Shown here one piece after another: positions 45,323-60,269 of a stretch of 64,000 nt of DNA. Position numbers and translations under genes: made by a program. The number at the start of each line of letters is the position of its first letter. Position 1 is the first letter of the stretch. Location of the stretch: positions 1,488,001 to 1,552,000 of the forward strand of contig OX597840.1 in assembly GCA_951406725.2 (NCBI GenBank), in the 5' to 3' direction. Origin of the DNA: Octopus vulgaris (lineage: Eukaryota). A model generated the notes under the pieces. The model had not been told where the DNA came from. It saw nothing but the letters and a program-made list of their open reading frames with translations, and did not search any database.

Positions 45323-45732
45323 AATGGAAATAATAAAAATTGACACTTTAAAAGTTATACAATTTCCTCCTAAAATGTATAAATGAAAGAATTGATGAAT
45401 TCATCCACAGACTCAGATGGAAAGCCTTACATTTTCAATAGAAACATGAATCACAGGATATAAATACCAAGAAATATGTGAAAAGTAAAGAAAAGACCAC
45501 TACCAAATAACGATCTAGATGTCTTTGAACAAGAACTGGATTATCATCAAGAATATAAAATTCACCAAGTACCCACTTAGAAGAAACGTACAACAGAGGA
45601 AGCTTAATGACTTACTATACGAACTAAGGATCAGGGATGGAATTATTGTACATTCAGACAAAACTAGAAATATTGAAACTCATCATAATTTAATTCAAAA
45701 AGAAATCGCAGAAAAATCAATACAAAATAGTT
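45323..45732 (+). pseudogene. Decayed N-terminal ORF region of a Penelope-like retroelement
   Basis: Across frameshifts: DEFIHRLRWKALHF, RPLPNNDLDVFEQEL, IIKNIKF, IIVHSDKTRN. The RxRWKA..F, FExxL, NIKF and DKT motifs precede the RT in PLEs (recognised by eye). Confidence 0.55.
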
Positions 45733-45766
45733 AGCAACAATACGCTTAGATATGTATATATGTATA

Positions 45767-45806
<40 letters not shown>

Positions 45807-45807
<1 letters not shown>

Positions 45808-46164
45808 TAGCAGTATCGCCCGGCGTTGCTCGGGTTTGTTTCGACCCGCTGGAATTGTAATTTTGAAGAGTAAACATTTTGTGAACATTTTTCTGGTCGA
45901 AATACACCGAAAAGTGGCGACACAGCAGTCAAAAAATCGTAAAAAATAGGGATTTTCATAGAAAAAAGCAGCTTTTTGATGTAAATAATTTCTGGTGTTA
46001 ACATGGTCCGATTTGAATTTTATGTTCTACGGAAGGAAGAGCAACCCTTCTTCTATCATACTTTCAATTTTGGTCAACTTGCGCCGCAGGGTCTTGGAGG
46101 AGATAGTGTTAGTTGAAGGTTACCAAACGTGACGCACACAGACAACTTCAGCTTTATATAGAGA
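45807..46164 (-). mobile_element. Non-autonomous Helitron with both termini (~358 bp)
   Basis: Minus strand A|TCTCTATATAAAGCTG at the 5' end and acaaacccgagcaacgccgggcgatactgCTAG|T at the 3' end, the same 3' terminus as 14557-14589. Confidence 0.85.
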
Positions 46165-46634
46165 TAACACACACACATTAATACACATACATAGACACAC
46201 ACACACAAGTATGTATGGATGTATATATGTACATCTGTCCACTTCTTGCAATATTTTTATCCTTCACTTCCTACACACACACACACACCTTATTAGTTTA
46301 CAATTTCTTTCTGTCAACAATTGACAACAGAAGTACGCTCGCCAATTAATACTACCAAAATTTAACGACAGAAAGTAAATTAAAAACCAATTTAACTTTT
46401 CTGTATTGTTATGGCAATTCGACCGTCGGTGTGTTTTTGCAAATGTGTTCGAATGAGAAGTGAGTTGTGTTTGGCGCCTTTTTTACTAATAACAAACACA
46501 CACGTGTGTGTGTGTGTGTCTGAGTGTTTGTATGTAGTTGTTTGAAACGTTTGTGTTTGTCACTGTCATATATGTATGTGTATGCGTGTGTGTGAGGAAT
46601 GGCAAACCAGATAGATAGCGCGCGAAGTTCTTTT

Positions 46635-46768
46635 GAAGTTCGCGCTCCGCTTGTGTTTGTGTGTGCGTGCTTTAGGTACACAGCACAACATTACTGTCTC
46701 CGTCTCTTTACGCACACTAACAAAAGCACTTCACTTACACACCACACTTTCTGTGTCGCACACTCCAT

Positions 46769-46814
<46 letters not shown>

Positions 46815-47319
46815 CACGCACGCACACATGTACATCAATGCTTTCGGAGTGAAATGTAAAAATATTGAGTTTTCTCGAATTTTGTCTTAATTGGGGGTGA
46901 AATTGAAAGAAATTTTGTATGGCATGACCGAATGGGAGTACTTGTAACAATCATAGGTAAACTGTAATTGAAGAAATTGTGTGAGGAGTAAATCGTTATG
47001 TATTTATTTGTTTCTGTTTGCTGTTTTTTTTTTTTTGAGTAGTGGTTTAAGGTACACTTTCACTTTAATCGTTGCACACTTGCAAAGAGAAAGGAGGAGA
47101 AATTAGGGTGGTAGCGTGAGTGAAGCAGATCGCTCCGCTTTTGTGTGTGCGTGTGTGTGTGTGCTGTAGCCCACACGAAGAAAAGCACTTCACTTACACA
47201 CCACAATGTGAGTTTCCTCTAAATTTTGCTTAATTGGGGTTGAAATTTTAAAACCGGACCTGGCACGACCCGATGCATTCTACTCTTAAAAATGCTAGGT
47301 AAATTGTAATTGAAGAAAT
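46635..47319 (+). repeat. Diverged tandem duplication of a non-TE-like cassette (46635-46978 and 47122-47319)
   Basis: Shared blocks cgctccgctt, aaaagcacttcacttacacaccaca, cttaattgggg.tgaaatt and taggtaaa.tgtaattgaagaaat. Confidence 0.8.
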
Positions 47320-47380
47320 CCTATATTGTAGATTTCTATAAGAGACAAAGGGAGGCAGATAAAATCTGCCTTTTATAATA

Positions 47381-47439
<59 letters not shown>

Positions 47440-47475
47440 AATTATTATTATTTGAGGGAATATATATATATATAT

Positions 47476-47999
<524 letters not shown>

Positions 48000-48929
48000 A
48001 TACATATATACATTTATAGATATGTATACGTGTGTTTATATATATATATATTGTGTCTGTGTGTGTTTGTCTATATAAGTGTGTCTGTTTATCATCACCC
48101 CACCGCATGACATCCTCACAGCGTAGCATTTCGTCAAAATACACCGATAGTATAAGTACCAGGAATTAGAGCTAAAAACGTGACAGAGGTACTGCTGTCG
48201 ACTAAACCCCTTGAAGTGTTACCCTAGTATGGACGCAGTCCAATAGCCATCAGAAATAAAAGATGTAGTAAAATAATAAAATCTGCCGCATTCCGCGTGT
48301 CTAAAAAACCAACAGAGGGTTTGATGAGGATTTTGTCATTATTTGTAAATTCCTGTGTCACAATAGAACATAATTGCTATCCAGCTTAACGCAGTTATTT
48401 CTCTTGGTATTGTTATAATTTTCTTCTGTGTGTGTGTGTGTCTTTAACCCCAGATTAACACGACTAATGAAGTCTAACTTTCGATGACGTTCACGATTTT
48501 GACTTGAAGGATTAGTCGTGTAAATCCACCCGTATGTTCGTTTAATTCTTTATTTCATCAGCGTTAAAAGACAAATAAAAGACACACAAGATCTCCGCAG
48601 GATTTGATCTCAGTACTTAAAAGCGTGGTGACTCATGCTCCGAAATGTATTTTCTGATGCTCCAACGATTCTGTTAAACTACCTCCCTAAGATCATAAAG
48701 AACATCAAGGCATTCCAACTGAGACCATCCTCTCCTTGTAGAGTTTTCTATGACAACATCAGTTATTTTTCTCTTTGCTGCATTTAACAAAGGAATGGTT
48801 CTTTTTGGCTCACTTACGTAAGCTAAGGCATGGCGTGTAGTTAAGAATCTTGATTTGGAGCTATTCTCAGGCGCAGTCGTCACTGTGGGGTACAAAGCTT
48901 GCTTCCGAACCACATGATTCCATGTATAT

Positions 48930-49345
48930 ACTCTTTTACTCTTTTATTCTTTTACTTGTTTCAGTCATTTGACTGCGGCCATGCAGGAGCACCGCCTTTA
49001 GCCGAGCAAATCGACCCCAGGACTTATTCTTTTGTAAGCCCAGTACTTATTCTATCGGTCTCTTTTGCCGAACCGCTAACTGACGGGGACGTAAACACAC
49101 CAGCATCGGTTGTCAAGCAATGCTAGAGGGACAAACACAGACACACAAATACACACACATACATATATATATATATACATACATATACATATATACGACA
49201 GGCTTCTTTCAGTTTCCGTCAACCAAATCCACTCACAAGACATTGGTCGGCCCGGTGCTATAGCAGAAACACTTGCCCAAGATGCCACGCAGTGGGACTG
49301 AACCCGGAACCATGTGGTTGATTAGCAAGCTACTTACCGCACAGC

Positions 49346-49348
<3 letters not shown>
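48930..49348 (-). mobile_element. SINE family 2, near full-length
   Basis: High similarity to 22717-23119. Confidence 0.9.
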
Positions 49349-49426
<78 letters not shown>

Positions 49427-49981
49427 GCATGTATAGATAAAAGTATTCACTTGCTTTTTTTGCAGTGCGAGCTTTTAAACACACGCCTGACTCTTTATAA
49501 AGTAACGTGAAATACCCAATGCGCGACGCAGAGGGTCTCAACCGGGAACAACATGGTGGAAAATCGATCGTCTTAACAACACAGCCACACTTCGGCTTAA
49601 ATATGTTAACACAAAAAAAATTAAACAGAATACTTTTCCATAATGTCAATTTATTTTGATTACATGTAGTATGACGTATTAAATATTAAAATGTCTTTTA
49701 AAATGCTGATCAAGTTACAAGCCGAAGCAGGTTTAGCTGTCTGTAGGCCAGCTCTGTTTAATAATAATAATTAACGTTTCTACACTCTGTACATTAAGTA
49801 TCTGTATGTACCTCTTGGCGCAGTTTTTTAAAAAAAGCAATTGTGCTTTAACTACATGATGGCATGTAACAATTAAAATGGATTTCAGTCGATTTCGAAG
49901 ATGAATATGAAGTTGTTCGATCAATTGCACTACATGTTAATAAGATACGAATGCAAATATTTTTCTGTTACTTTTAAATTT

Positions 49982-50225
49982 TGCTTGTTTCAGTCCTAAG
50001 ACTGCGGCCATGCTGGAGTACCGCCTTGAAGAATTTTAGTCGAAACATTCGTCCCCAGAAATTTATATTCTTTTTTTTAAAGCCTTGTGCTTAATCTATT
50101 GGTCTCTTTCAACGAACCGCTTAGCTACAGGGACGTAAATATACCAACATCAGTTGATAACAGGTGGCAAAGGGGCCAAACCGAGACAAAAACACTCATT
50201 CACACACATACATACACATGTATAC

Positions 50226-50281
<56 letters not shown>

Positions 50282-50442
50282 TTACAGAGAGAGAGAGAGG
50301 CGAGGTTTATGTCAGTTTCCATCTACCAAATCCACTCACTATGTATTAGTCGGCCCGAGGCTATATTAAAGCACATTCGCCCAGTAGGACTGAATCCGTA
50401 ACCATGTGGTTGGCAAGCGACCAAACAATCACGCCTATACCT
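49982..50442 (-). mobile_element. SINE family 2, diverged
   Basis: gactgcggccatgctggag..gaaccgcttag..ctaccaaatccactcac..accatgtggttggcaagc. Confidence 0.8.
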
Positions 50443-51416
50443 CTGTAAAGCGTTTGATATTCTATAAACAGGTATACCCTGATATTATTAGCTGTATTCC
50501 GGATAGTATTGTGTGATAAAAGTGGACCTTTGAAATGTAACCAAAATCTATTGGACGTTCTTTTACTTAATTTCGGTCTAACCAACTTCGATCACATAGT
50601 TCGGAATAACACGAGTCTAGAGCAAAAATACCGAAAATATCACACAACGGAATCAAACCAATGATTTCGCAATTCTGTAGTAACCGTTGTATCCATTTGG
50701 CCATGTTTTCTACAGCCCTGCATATTCACATTACTGATATCTAACCATTAGTTGTGCCGGTACGCTAAAGGTTATGTTTGAGAACATAGTTGAGAATAAT
50801 ACTGTAGCATAGCGGACATATTTCCGTACTTGCCAAAACAATGTCATCAACATTTGCAATTGATTAATACGCTTTTTCCTCATGGTTAATCATTTAAATA
50901 CGTTAGCACTAACTTTTCGATTCACTCCCCAGCACATAAATACATTCGAATGTGCACACATACCATATATACATGTTTGTACTTAGTAGGATACACTGAC
51001 GCAACAAATACGAGTTGGTACTCAGGAACGAATATTTACTTACTGTAAAAATTAATTTGAATATTTGCATATATAAAGATATCTGAAAATAAAATATTGG
51101 ATTAATAGCAAAAAGGTGCAACCACGCAAAACACGTTTGCACGCACCACTTTGGGATGGTATGAGGAACATTAACAGCCGTGCATGCTTGTATAATTCAC
51201 TTGTAAAACAGGCTGCTGAGCAGACCAGAGAGAGTTTTTGTTTTATAAATAAAATCACAAAACATGATATGAGCGCTTACATGAACATAGAGTCAGAGAA
51301 GACTCTAGTGATGAGGCTAACTTCTAATTGGCTTGTCTGAGAATATAGTCATATAAAGATCAAAAGTAAAAATACAAAAGGAAACGTGAATAAACAGAAA
51401 AGGGAAGACAAACTCA

Positions 51417-51490
51417 GTGTTGGGAATGCACAAAGATGTTAGTATAACAATTTATTAAGTTAAATTAATATTAAGTAGGTGTCAAAATAC

Positions 51491-51557
<67 letters not shown>

Positions 51558-51630
51558 TATATATGCATATACAGATGCATCCACAGAAATATAGGCATGA
51601 ACACTGTCCTCTACATATTTGTACAGATGA

Positions 51631-51692
<62 letters not shown>

Positions 51693-51945
51693 GTATGTAT
51701 ATATATGTATATATATATGTCTATCTATATATCTTTCTATCTATCTATCTATATCTCTCTATATATATATAGAGAGAGAGAGATAGATAAATAAATATAT
51801 ATATGGATAGACAGATATATACATATTCATGTGTACAAATACGTGTGCTGTGGATACATATATATATGCATATATATATATATATTTATATATATACTAT
51901 TTATATATGTATGTATGTACATGCATGTATATGACTCTCTATATA

Positions 51946-51990
<45 letters not shown>

Positions 51991-52084
51991 ATACATATGT
52001 ATATATATTCGTATATCGACACCTAATTAATATTAATTTACATTATTAAGTTGTTATACTCTCATTTTAGTGCATTCCCAACAC
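51417..52084. repeat. ~80-bp diverged inverted arms enclosing a (TA)n-rich interior
   Basis: 51417-51497 vs 52003-52084 (gtgttgggaatgcac..agtataacaa..taaattaatattaa.taggtgtc..atacgaat). Confidence 0.85.
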
Positions 52085-53387
52085 ACATACACACACACAC
52101 ATATATATATATATATACTTATTTATATATGTGTATAAATCGATATATATATGTATACTTATTTATATATGTGTATAAATCGATATATATATATATATAT
52201 ATATACATACATATATAGATACATATAGAGGGACAAACATATATACGATCCTATTTTAGTAATGGAGATTAATATTTAATATATATTAAATGTTACTGAC
52301 ATCTACTTTAAAGATTAAAACAAAATTCTCAGCAATCGATAATAATAATTATGAAATCCTATTTTCCTCATCATCAACTCCCATACACCAGCTGAAAGAA
52401 AATATTATTTCCGAATAATTTAAATGCGTGTGTGTGTGTCTGTGTGTGTGTGTGTGTGTGTGTGTTTGTGTGTGTGTAAGACTGTTGTAGTTCGCTTGAA
52501 GCACTCTAATATCGAAGAGTGAAAATAGAAGCTTCTGTCAATGGAGAAATTTTAATGTGAGCCTTTATATTTCAAGGCGCAAACGCCCCTATTCAATAGA
52601 AAACCACAGTCTTGAGAAAAATCCAGTTATTCAGTTAGGGTCCACTTATACCTACGTAAGTAGGCTTCTCTCAATGTTGTTCACTTCTTCTGAAGATGGG
52701 CTTTGTGTCTGAAATATAAAGGATTTATGAAGCGTTCCGCAATATCACAAGCTTCTATTTACTCCGTTTTTGCCTTCTTCAAAACAAGCACAACACACGC
52801 ACACACACACACACAAACACACGCACACACACACACATACGTACACACACACGTACACGTATTTGCATCCATGAGGTAGTCTTCGATTGTTTTCTCCAAA
52901 GAGTATTTGAAGCCCATATTTAAATAGCATCGATTATAGATGTATTTACTTCGTCATAAACTTTTAAAAACATATTATATATATATATATGGTGCCACAG
53001 TACTGCTTTAGTCTAGTGACTGAAAAGAAGAAAGGCAAAATATAGCAGATATATATATTGAAGTGACAGAAGCTATATTAACACGAGAAAGTAAAATTTA
53101 TTACCACTTAAAACTGGACGTTGAGAAAAAATGTCAACAGGCTTTTGTGGTACATGTTAGCATTCTCTTTTATATCACTAGCAGGACAAAATTACCATTG
53201 TCCCCATGATTACGGCCTTCTTTGGCATTCTCAGTGATGGGCTTCTGACAACGAACCGTGGTAACGATTCCGCTTGCAATCTATATAGCATCACAGAGCC
53301 CTATACAAAAAACAATGAAATCCAAGGAATATATTATTATTACGAGAATTTATCACTCATGAAAAGAAGATGATGTGCGATACAGCG

Positions 53388-53462
<75 letters not shown>

Positions 53463-53550
53463 TATATATATATGTATGTATATGTACGTATATCTATCTA
53501 GCTTCTACCTATGTATATCTATATATATATTTTATATAGATATACATGTT

Positions 53551-53870
<320 letters not shown>

Positions 53871-53931
53871 TTTGTATGTATGCATGTGTATGTATATATA
53901 CATACATATACATATATATATATATATATAT

Positions 53932-54095
53932 AGGTAGAGTTTACGAAAAAAACAAAAGACGAGGACGGGTGGTGTACAAAAGAGACAGAGGTACTAGTAT
54001 AACGCTCAGGGATAGAAAAAGTCTTTTACGTTTCGAGCCTACGCTCTTCTACAGAAAGGGACACAGAAAGACAAGGAGAGAAAAAAGGAGAAAAA
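53932..54095 (-). mobile_element. Hammerhead-bearing element family B (motif at 54023-54058)
   Basis: Minus strand reads CUUU-CUGUAGA-A-GAGC-GUAG-GCUC-GAAA-C-GUA-AAAG; embedded in (TA)n. Confidence 0.72.
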
Positions 54096-54108
54096 TATAT
54101 GCATATAT

Positions 54109-54213
<105 letters not shown>

Positions 54214-54220
54214 CATATAT

Positions 54221-54372
54221 TTGTTAAAGGGGATAACAAATGTTAAGGCAAGACAATCATCTCAAGTCATATACGTTATTATTATTGGAAAAATTCGAAT
54301 TTTTCCTATGATAATAACGTATATGACTCGAGATGATTGTCTTGCCTTAACATTTGTTGTCTTCTTTAACAA
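54221..54372. repeat. ~150-bp imperfect spacer-less palindrome
   Basis: Centred on ggaaaaattc|gaatttttcc; arms include acaaatgttaaggcaagacaatcatctc / gagatgattgtcttgccttaacatttgt. Confidence 0.93.
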
Positions 54373-54564
54373 TTATATATCCGCTGTATCGGAAATCTAC
54401 AATGGCTTCATAACTACCGTCTCGGCTATAACCCTGGGGCCCTGGAAATCCGTTACAGCACTTACCTAGAGTACCAAGTCGTTTAGATCACCTGTGAATT
54501 TCACACCAATATTTTATATATGTATATATATACATACATATATATATACTCCATGGTCATACGT

Positions 54565-54811
54565 GAGAGATGTCATCGCAGAGTATACACGCAGGATAAT
54601 CGGTGGACGCACGCAGTTGTTGAGTGGTACCCGCTTGAGAGGAAAAGACCACCCGGAAGACCTCCACGACGGTGGAGTAACGATTTCTGGAGGACGATTG
54701 GGATCACGTGGATGAGAAAGGCGCGATCCAGAGAGGAGTGGACAGCGTGCTGTGACCAGCGGTGTCAAATGGACGCCTGACGGACTGGTCGGTCAAGGTG
54801 ATCAAGGTGAT
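54565..54811 (+). mobile_element. 3' end of an RTE-clade LINE
   Basis: DNRWTHAVVEWYPLERKRPPGRPPRRWSNDF..GITWMRKARSREEW is a typical RTE C-terminus; a short 3' UTR ends in (tcaaggtga)x2. Confidence 0.85.
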
Positions 54812-54905
54812 ATATAAATACATATTATATATATATATATAATGGCGGTGCCCCAGCATGGCCACAGCTCATTAGCTGAAACTGGAAAAATCAGAATCAA
54901 ATCAA

Positions 54906-54947
<42 letters not shown>

Positions 54948-55270
54948 AATAGGGTGCAGCAAAAAGGTTGGCCCGAATTCAAAGGTTAATAAAAACAAAC
55001 ACGCGTAGATAAAGGAAAAAAAAACTTTGCATTTCCATGAAGGCCATGTTGGGGAGTGTCTGAAACAAAAACAAAAACAATAGCATTTAATGAACTTCAT
55101 AGAAAAATACAGATTTTTCATACACCTTCATGTCTTTGTTTTTTACTGATCGTTGAAAAGCACGCAACCTTTCTGCCTCACTCTGCCGCTCTCTCTCTCC
55201 GTTTCTAACTCTCTCTCTCTCTCTCTCTACGTATCCATTCCCAAGTAAAATTATATATATACATATACAT

Positions 55271-55301
<31 letters not shown>

Positions 55302-55369
55302 CATATACACACACACGCAAAAATGCATATTAATTATTCAGTACGCCCTCGTGTATATCTATCTATCTA

Positions 55370-55412
<43 letters not shown>

Positions 55413-55959
55413 GTGTATGTATATATACTTACATATATACATACACGTATATCACAGGCTTCCATAAAATTTCCTTTTATCACCCAGAAGACATTCTTTG
55501 GCAATATGCTACGACAAACTATACTTACCCAATGTACTCCGTAGTGGGACTGAAACAGGAACTGCATACCTGCTATACCTGCTAAATGAACTCCTTCACT
55601 GCACAGCTATAGATCAACATAGATTGATCATAAACTCATAGAAAGATATATATATCTATATATATATATATATATACTTGCCGAACCGCTAAGTAACGGG
55701 GACATAAACACACCAGCATCGATTGTCAAACAATGCTAGGGGGACAAACACTAATACATACTAATACATACACCAACCCTATACATACACACGTCCAGAC
55801 CCCTCATACGCACTTATACTCTCTCATACACTCACACACACTTATACAAACTAATACGTACTAATACATATTAATACATACTAATACATACACCAACCCC
55901 TACATACGCCTGTCCAGACCTATCCTAGGGTCATTCAACCCTATTATCAACCCTATTAT

Positions 55960-56229
55960 CTCCCCTTATTTCGCTCTCGCGTCTCATGTTTGATCTTTGA
56001 CCTCTGGCCGAAATCAGATCGCCATGTTGATTCGTTAGTTACTGCACGCATTTTTTTTCTCTCCTTCTTTCTGTGTTTTTTTTCTCTCTGTGTATCTTTC
56101 TGTTGAAGAGCGTAGGCTCGAAACGTTAAAGACTTGTTTTATTTATATTTCCTGAGCGCCATACTAATACAATTGTTTGTTTGTTTTCCACCTGCCTTCG
56201 ACTTTTGTCTATTTTCATAAAGCTTCCCG

Positions 56230-56231
<2 letters not shown>
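55960..56231 (+). mobile_element. Hammerhead-bearing element family B (motif at 56095-56132)
   Basis: UCUUU-CUGUUGA-A-GAGC-GUAG-GCUC-GAAA-C-GUU-AAAGA; the 3' end abuts (TA)n. Confidence 0.72.
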
Positions 56232-56322
<91 letters not shown>

Positions 56323-56466
56323 TATAGATAGATAGATAGACAGATAGATTAATAGACTGATAGGTGAATGGAAAGAAACATCGTTTGATAGAGATGATGG
56401 GTAGATAAGGACATTGATAGACAGACATATATATACATATGTTGCTGTAGAAGTATACATGAATAG

Positions 56467-56528
<62 letters not shown>

Positions 56529-56579
56529 TAGCTTTATTTAACAAAATGTACTGTCCGTTCACAGTTTTGTTCTATATAT

Positions 56580-56629
<50 letters not shown>

Positions 56630-56708
56630 TATATAGAACAAAACTGTCCGACGAACGGGAACGTGAAACTCGTAAGCTTTTGTTAAATTTCTGCTGCTTT
56701 TAAATAAA

Positions 56709-56745
<37 letters not shown>

Positions 56746-56871
56746 CTATTCATGTATACTTCTACAGCAACATATGTATATATATGTCTGTCTATCAATG
56801 TCCTTATCTACCCATCATCTCTATCAAACGATGTTTCTTTCCATTCACCTATCAGTCTATTAATCTATCTG

Positions 56872-56908
<37 letters not shown>

Positions 56909-56949
56909 ATATCTATCTATCTATCTATCTATATATATCTATCTATCTA

Positions 56950-56982
<33 letters not shown>
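56232..56982. repeat. ~750-bp fold-back centred on (TA)n at 56584-56622
   Basis: 56330-56470 and 56742-56882 are reverse complements (the ORF track gives identical peptides on opposite strands); the inner arms are partly complementary. Confidence 0.92.
56637..56684 (+). ncRNA. Candidate minimal hammerhead motif, family C
   Basis: AACAAAACUGU-CCGACGA-ACG-GGAA-CGU-GAAA-C-UC-GUA-AGCUUUUGUU; proximal stem I is imperfect. Confidence 0.5.
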
Positions 56983-57014
<32 letters not shown>

Positions 57015-57418
57015 CAGACAGATATTGACTAGGTAAACATAGGTATACACAGAGATTGTGAAAGGGACATTTATACATACATAGAGATAGTTAGATAGAT
57101 AGAAAGATTGATTGATAGATATATATAGAGATAGATACATGCATACATGCATACATACATACATACATACATACATACATACATACATACATACATACAT
57201 ACATAGGTGATTAGGAAGAAGCATCGTTTGATAGAGAAGACGGGTAGATAAAGTTATAGATAGACATACAGATATATATTGCTGTATAGATGAATAGACA
57301 GATATGTATATACACACAAGTCAGGCAGATAGAGAAATATATAGGTAGATACACGGATTGTGAAAGGGATATTGATACATACATGGAGATAGATAGACAG
57401 ACAGTTAGTTAGTTAGAT

Positions 57419-57460
<42 letters not shown>

Positions 57461-57461
57461 G

Positions 57462-57506
<45 letters not shown>

Positions 57507-57769
57507 GGTTTGAAGGAGGAGGTATACAGACACAAGAGACGAGGTATACAGGAAGACACACATATTCTTTTGACAGTTTTAAAATAAATATCTGATATTG
57601 AGTAAAACTTTCAGTTTGGCAATCAAGAGCGCTTGTCATTGACAAGAGTGGTTGTAAGCCAAATGAAAAGAAAGTAAGAAAAAAATATAACAAACTTTTC
57701 ACTTCCGTACATAACTCGAGTTGAAATTAAAACCAATACAAGCACGCACACCCCAGCCAGATATAAATT

Positions 57770-57779
57770 ATGTTTATAG

Positions 57780-57811
<32 letters not shown>

Positions 57812-57821
57812 TATATATATT

Positions 57822-57914
<93 letters not shown>

Positions 57915-57971
57915 TGAACTATACAGTATATATATGTGTGTGTATAGACGCACATATATGTATATATGTAG

Positions 57972-58032
<61 letters not shown>

Positions 58033-58735
58033 ATACATACATATATATATATATATACATATATATATACACAGATATATGGAAACAATTTTTTTGTTGG
58101 CATAATTGAAACTGTTGTTGCACAATCCAGCGTTAATCGGAGGGGGTGTACGAAACGTGGTGATGTATATCTTCAAGAAGATATAAAAATGCGCAAATGT
58201 AATCCTACATGCATACAGGTGTTTGGGTGAGGGCGAACGGACATGTGTTTTGGAATGTTTGTGTGTATGTGTACCTGTGCTTATCTATGTGTTTCCGTGT
58301 ACACAGGTGAATACATGTGTTTGTACGCGAATGTATGGATTGTTGTTTCTTTGAATAAAGTGAAAGTGTTCTTTTCTGTACAGACATATATACACACCTG
58401 TACATGCACAGACACAGGCATATATGCGCATATGCAGAGGCACACACACTCACACGCGTACACACACTTACGCGCTCGAACACACACTCACAAGCGCGAA
58501 CACATACGCACATACCTACGTACATATACGCATACGTAACTCACATAGAGCCATACGTAAATTTGTAAATCTGCACATTGACAGATAGACACAGAGATAA
58601 ACATCATATACGCATACATACATGTATATAGACATACAACACATACACATATGAATATAGACGCACAACATACACATACACACATATATATATAGACACA
58701 CAGATTTTTCCTAAAATACATATTCATATAGTAAC

Positions 58736-58790
<55 letters not shown>

Positions 58791-58887
58791 CATATATATA
58801 CACATATACATAGAGAGATAGATAGACAGATTTGATAAATAGAGAAGATAAATACATACATAAATATTCGTATATATATATATATTC

Positions 58888-58952
<65 letters not shown>

Positions 58953-59421
58953 TATATATTTATATTGATTCATATATATTTTATCAAATTATATAGTATT
59001 GTATTATATTATATATATAGATATATTATATATATATATCGATATATGTATCTATAAATATACATACTTGAAAACATACATATTATATAGATGTACACAG
59101 GAATATATATATACGGGTGTTATTGACAATTTCACTCTAAAGAGACTGAAGAAGGAACAAATATAAAAACCAAAAATAGAAAGGAAAAGGAAAATATGAA
59201 GAAAAAAAACATTACTATTACAATAATAAATAAATAAAAGCTACGATATCATGTGAAGTATAAAAAAAATTAAGGAAAACAAATAAAATAAAAAACAAAT
59301 TATGAACCATTTAAAATAGATTGCTCAAGGGAGAGAATTTTGTAGGTGATCTATTAAATTTACTTGTCATCGATTTTAATGTTTCTTAACGCGTTTCTAA
59401 CTACGTAGATGAAAGTGTGTG

Positions 59422-59487
<66 letters not shown>

Positions 59488-59815
59488 GGTTATATAAATG
59501 TGTGTGTTTGTATATACAGTTATACATCGATTTTGTGTTTATGTAATTTGTAAATTTTCATATGTATACATATATGACAGTCTTTTTTATATATGCATAC
59601 ATACACTGATGTATAACACGGATAGAAAAACTGACATACACGAGCATAGGTGTATATATATTTAAACGTGCGAACATATAAGCACATACACATACGAATC
59701 TACATACATGCATATATATATGTGTGTATATATCATATATTATATATATACATTTGTATTTACATGTATATATATATATATATATACGATATATGTATAT
59801 GTGTGTATCTCTGTA

Positions 59816-59877
<62 letters not shown>

Positions 59878-59890
59878 TATATATGTATAT
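57770..59890. repeat. (TA)n/(CA)n-rich microsatellite field
   Basis: Direct runs with short unique spacers. Confidence 0.85.
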
Positions 59891-60269
59891 CTTTGCAGAT
59901 TTTGGTTTTGGGTTAAATGGGATAGATTTCAATGTGGGTGGAATTCTGAAATATGTTGTTGAATAAGAATTAATCAGAGAGATTTTGAAGATTTTAATTT
60001 ATTAAAAAGAATAATTGAAAGAAAAGAAGAAAGTGACACCTCTTAATGCTCTTGAATTGGTGAGAATTTTCTCGAGAAATCAAAGCAAAAATTGAGGAAG
60101 CGGAATGAGTTCAAGACATACCTGGTTCAAACTGCCACATAACTATGTAAATCCTTGTATTAACATCGTTCTTTTTTACTGGTGCCTCGACTACCTTTAG
60201 TTTTAATCATGTAGATACGCTAAAAAATATTCGCTTAAATGATTTGCACGAGGCCAGCATATCTATCAA

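Noticed and set aside
53196-53300. Candidate 105-nt minus-strand exon (GSVMLYRLQAESLPRF..)
   Set aside because: Plausible splice signals, but no recognisable protein and no partner exons; chance level.
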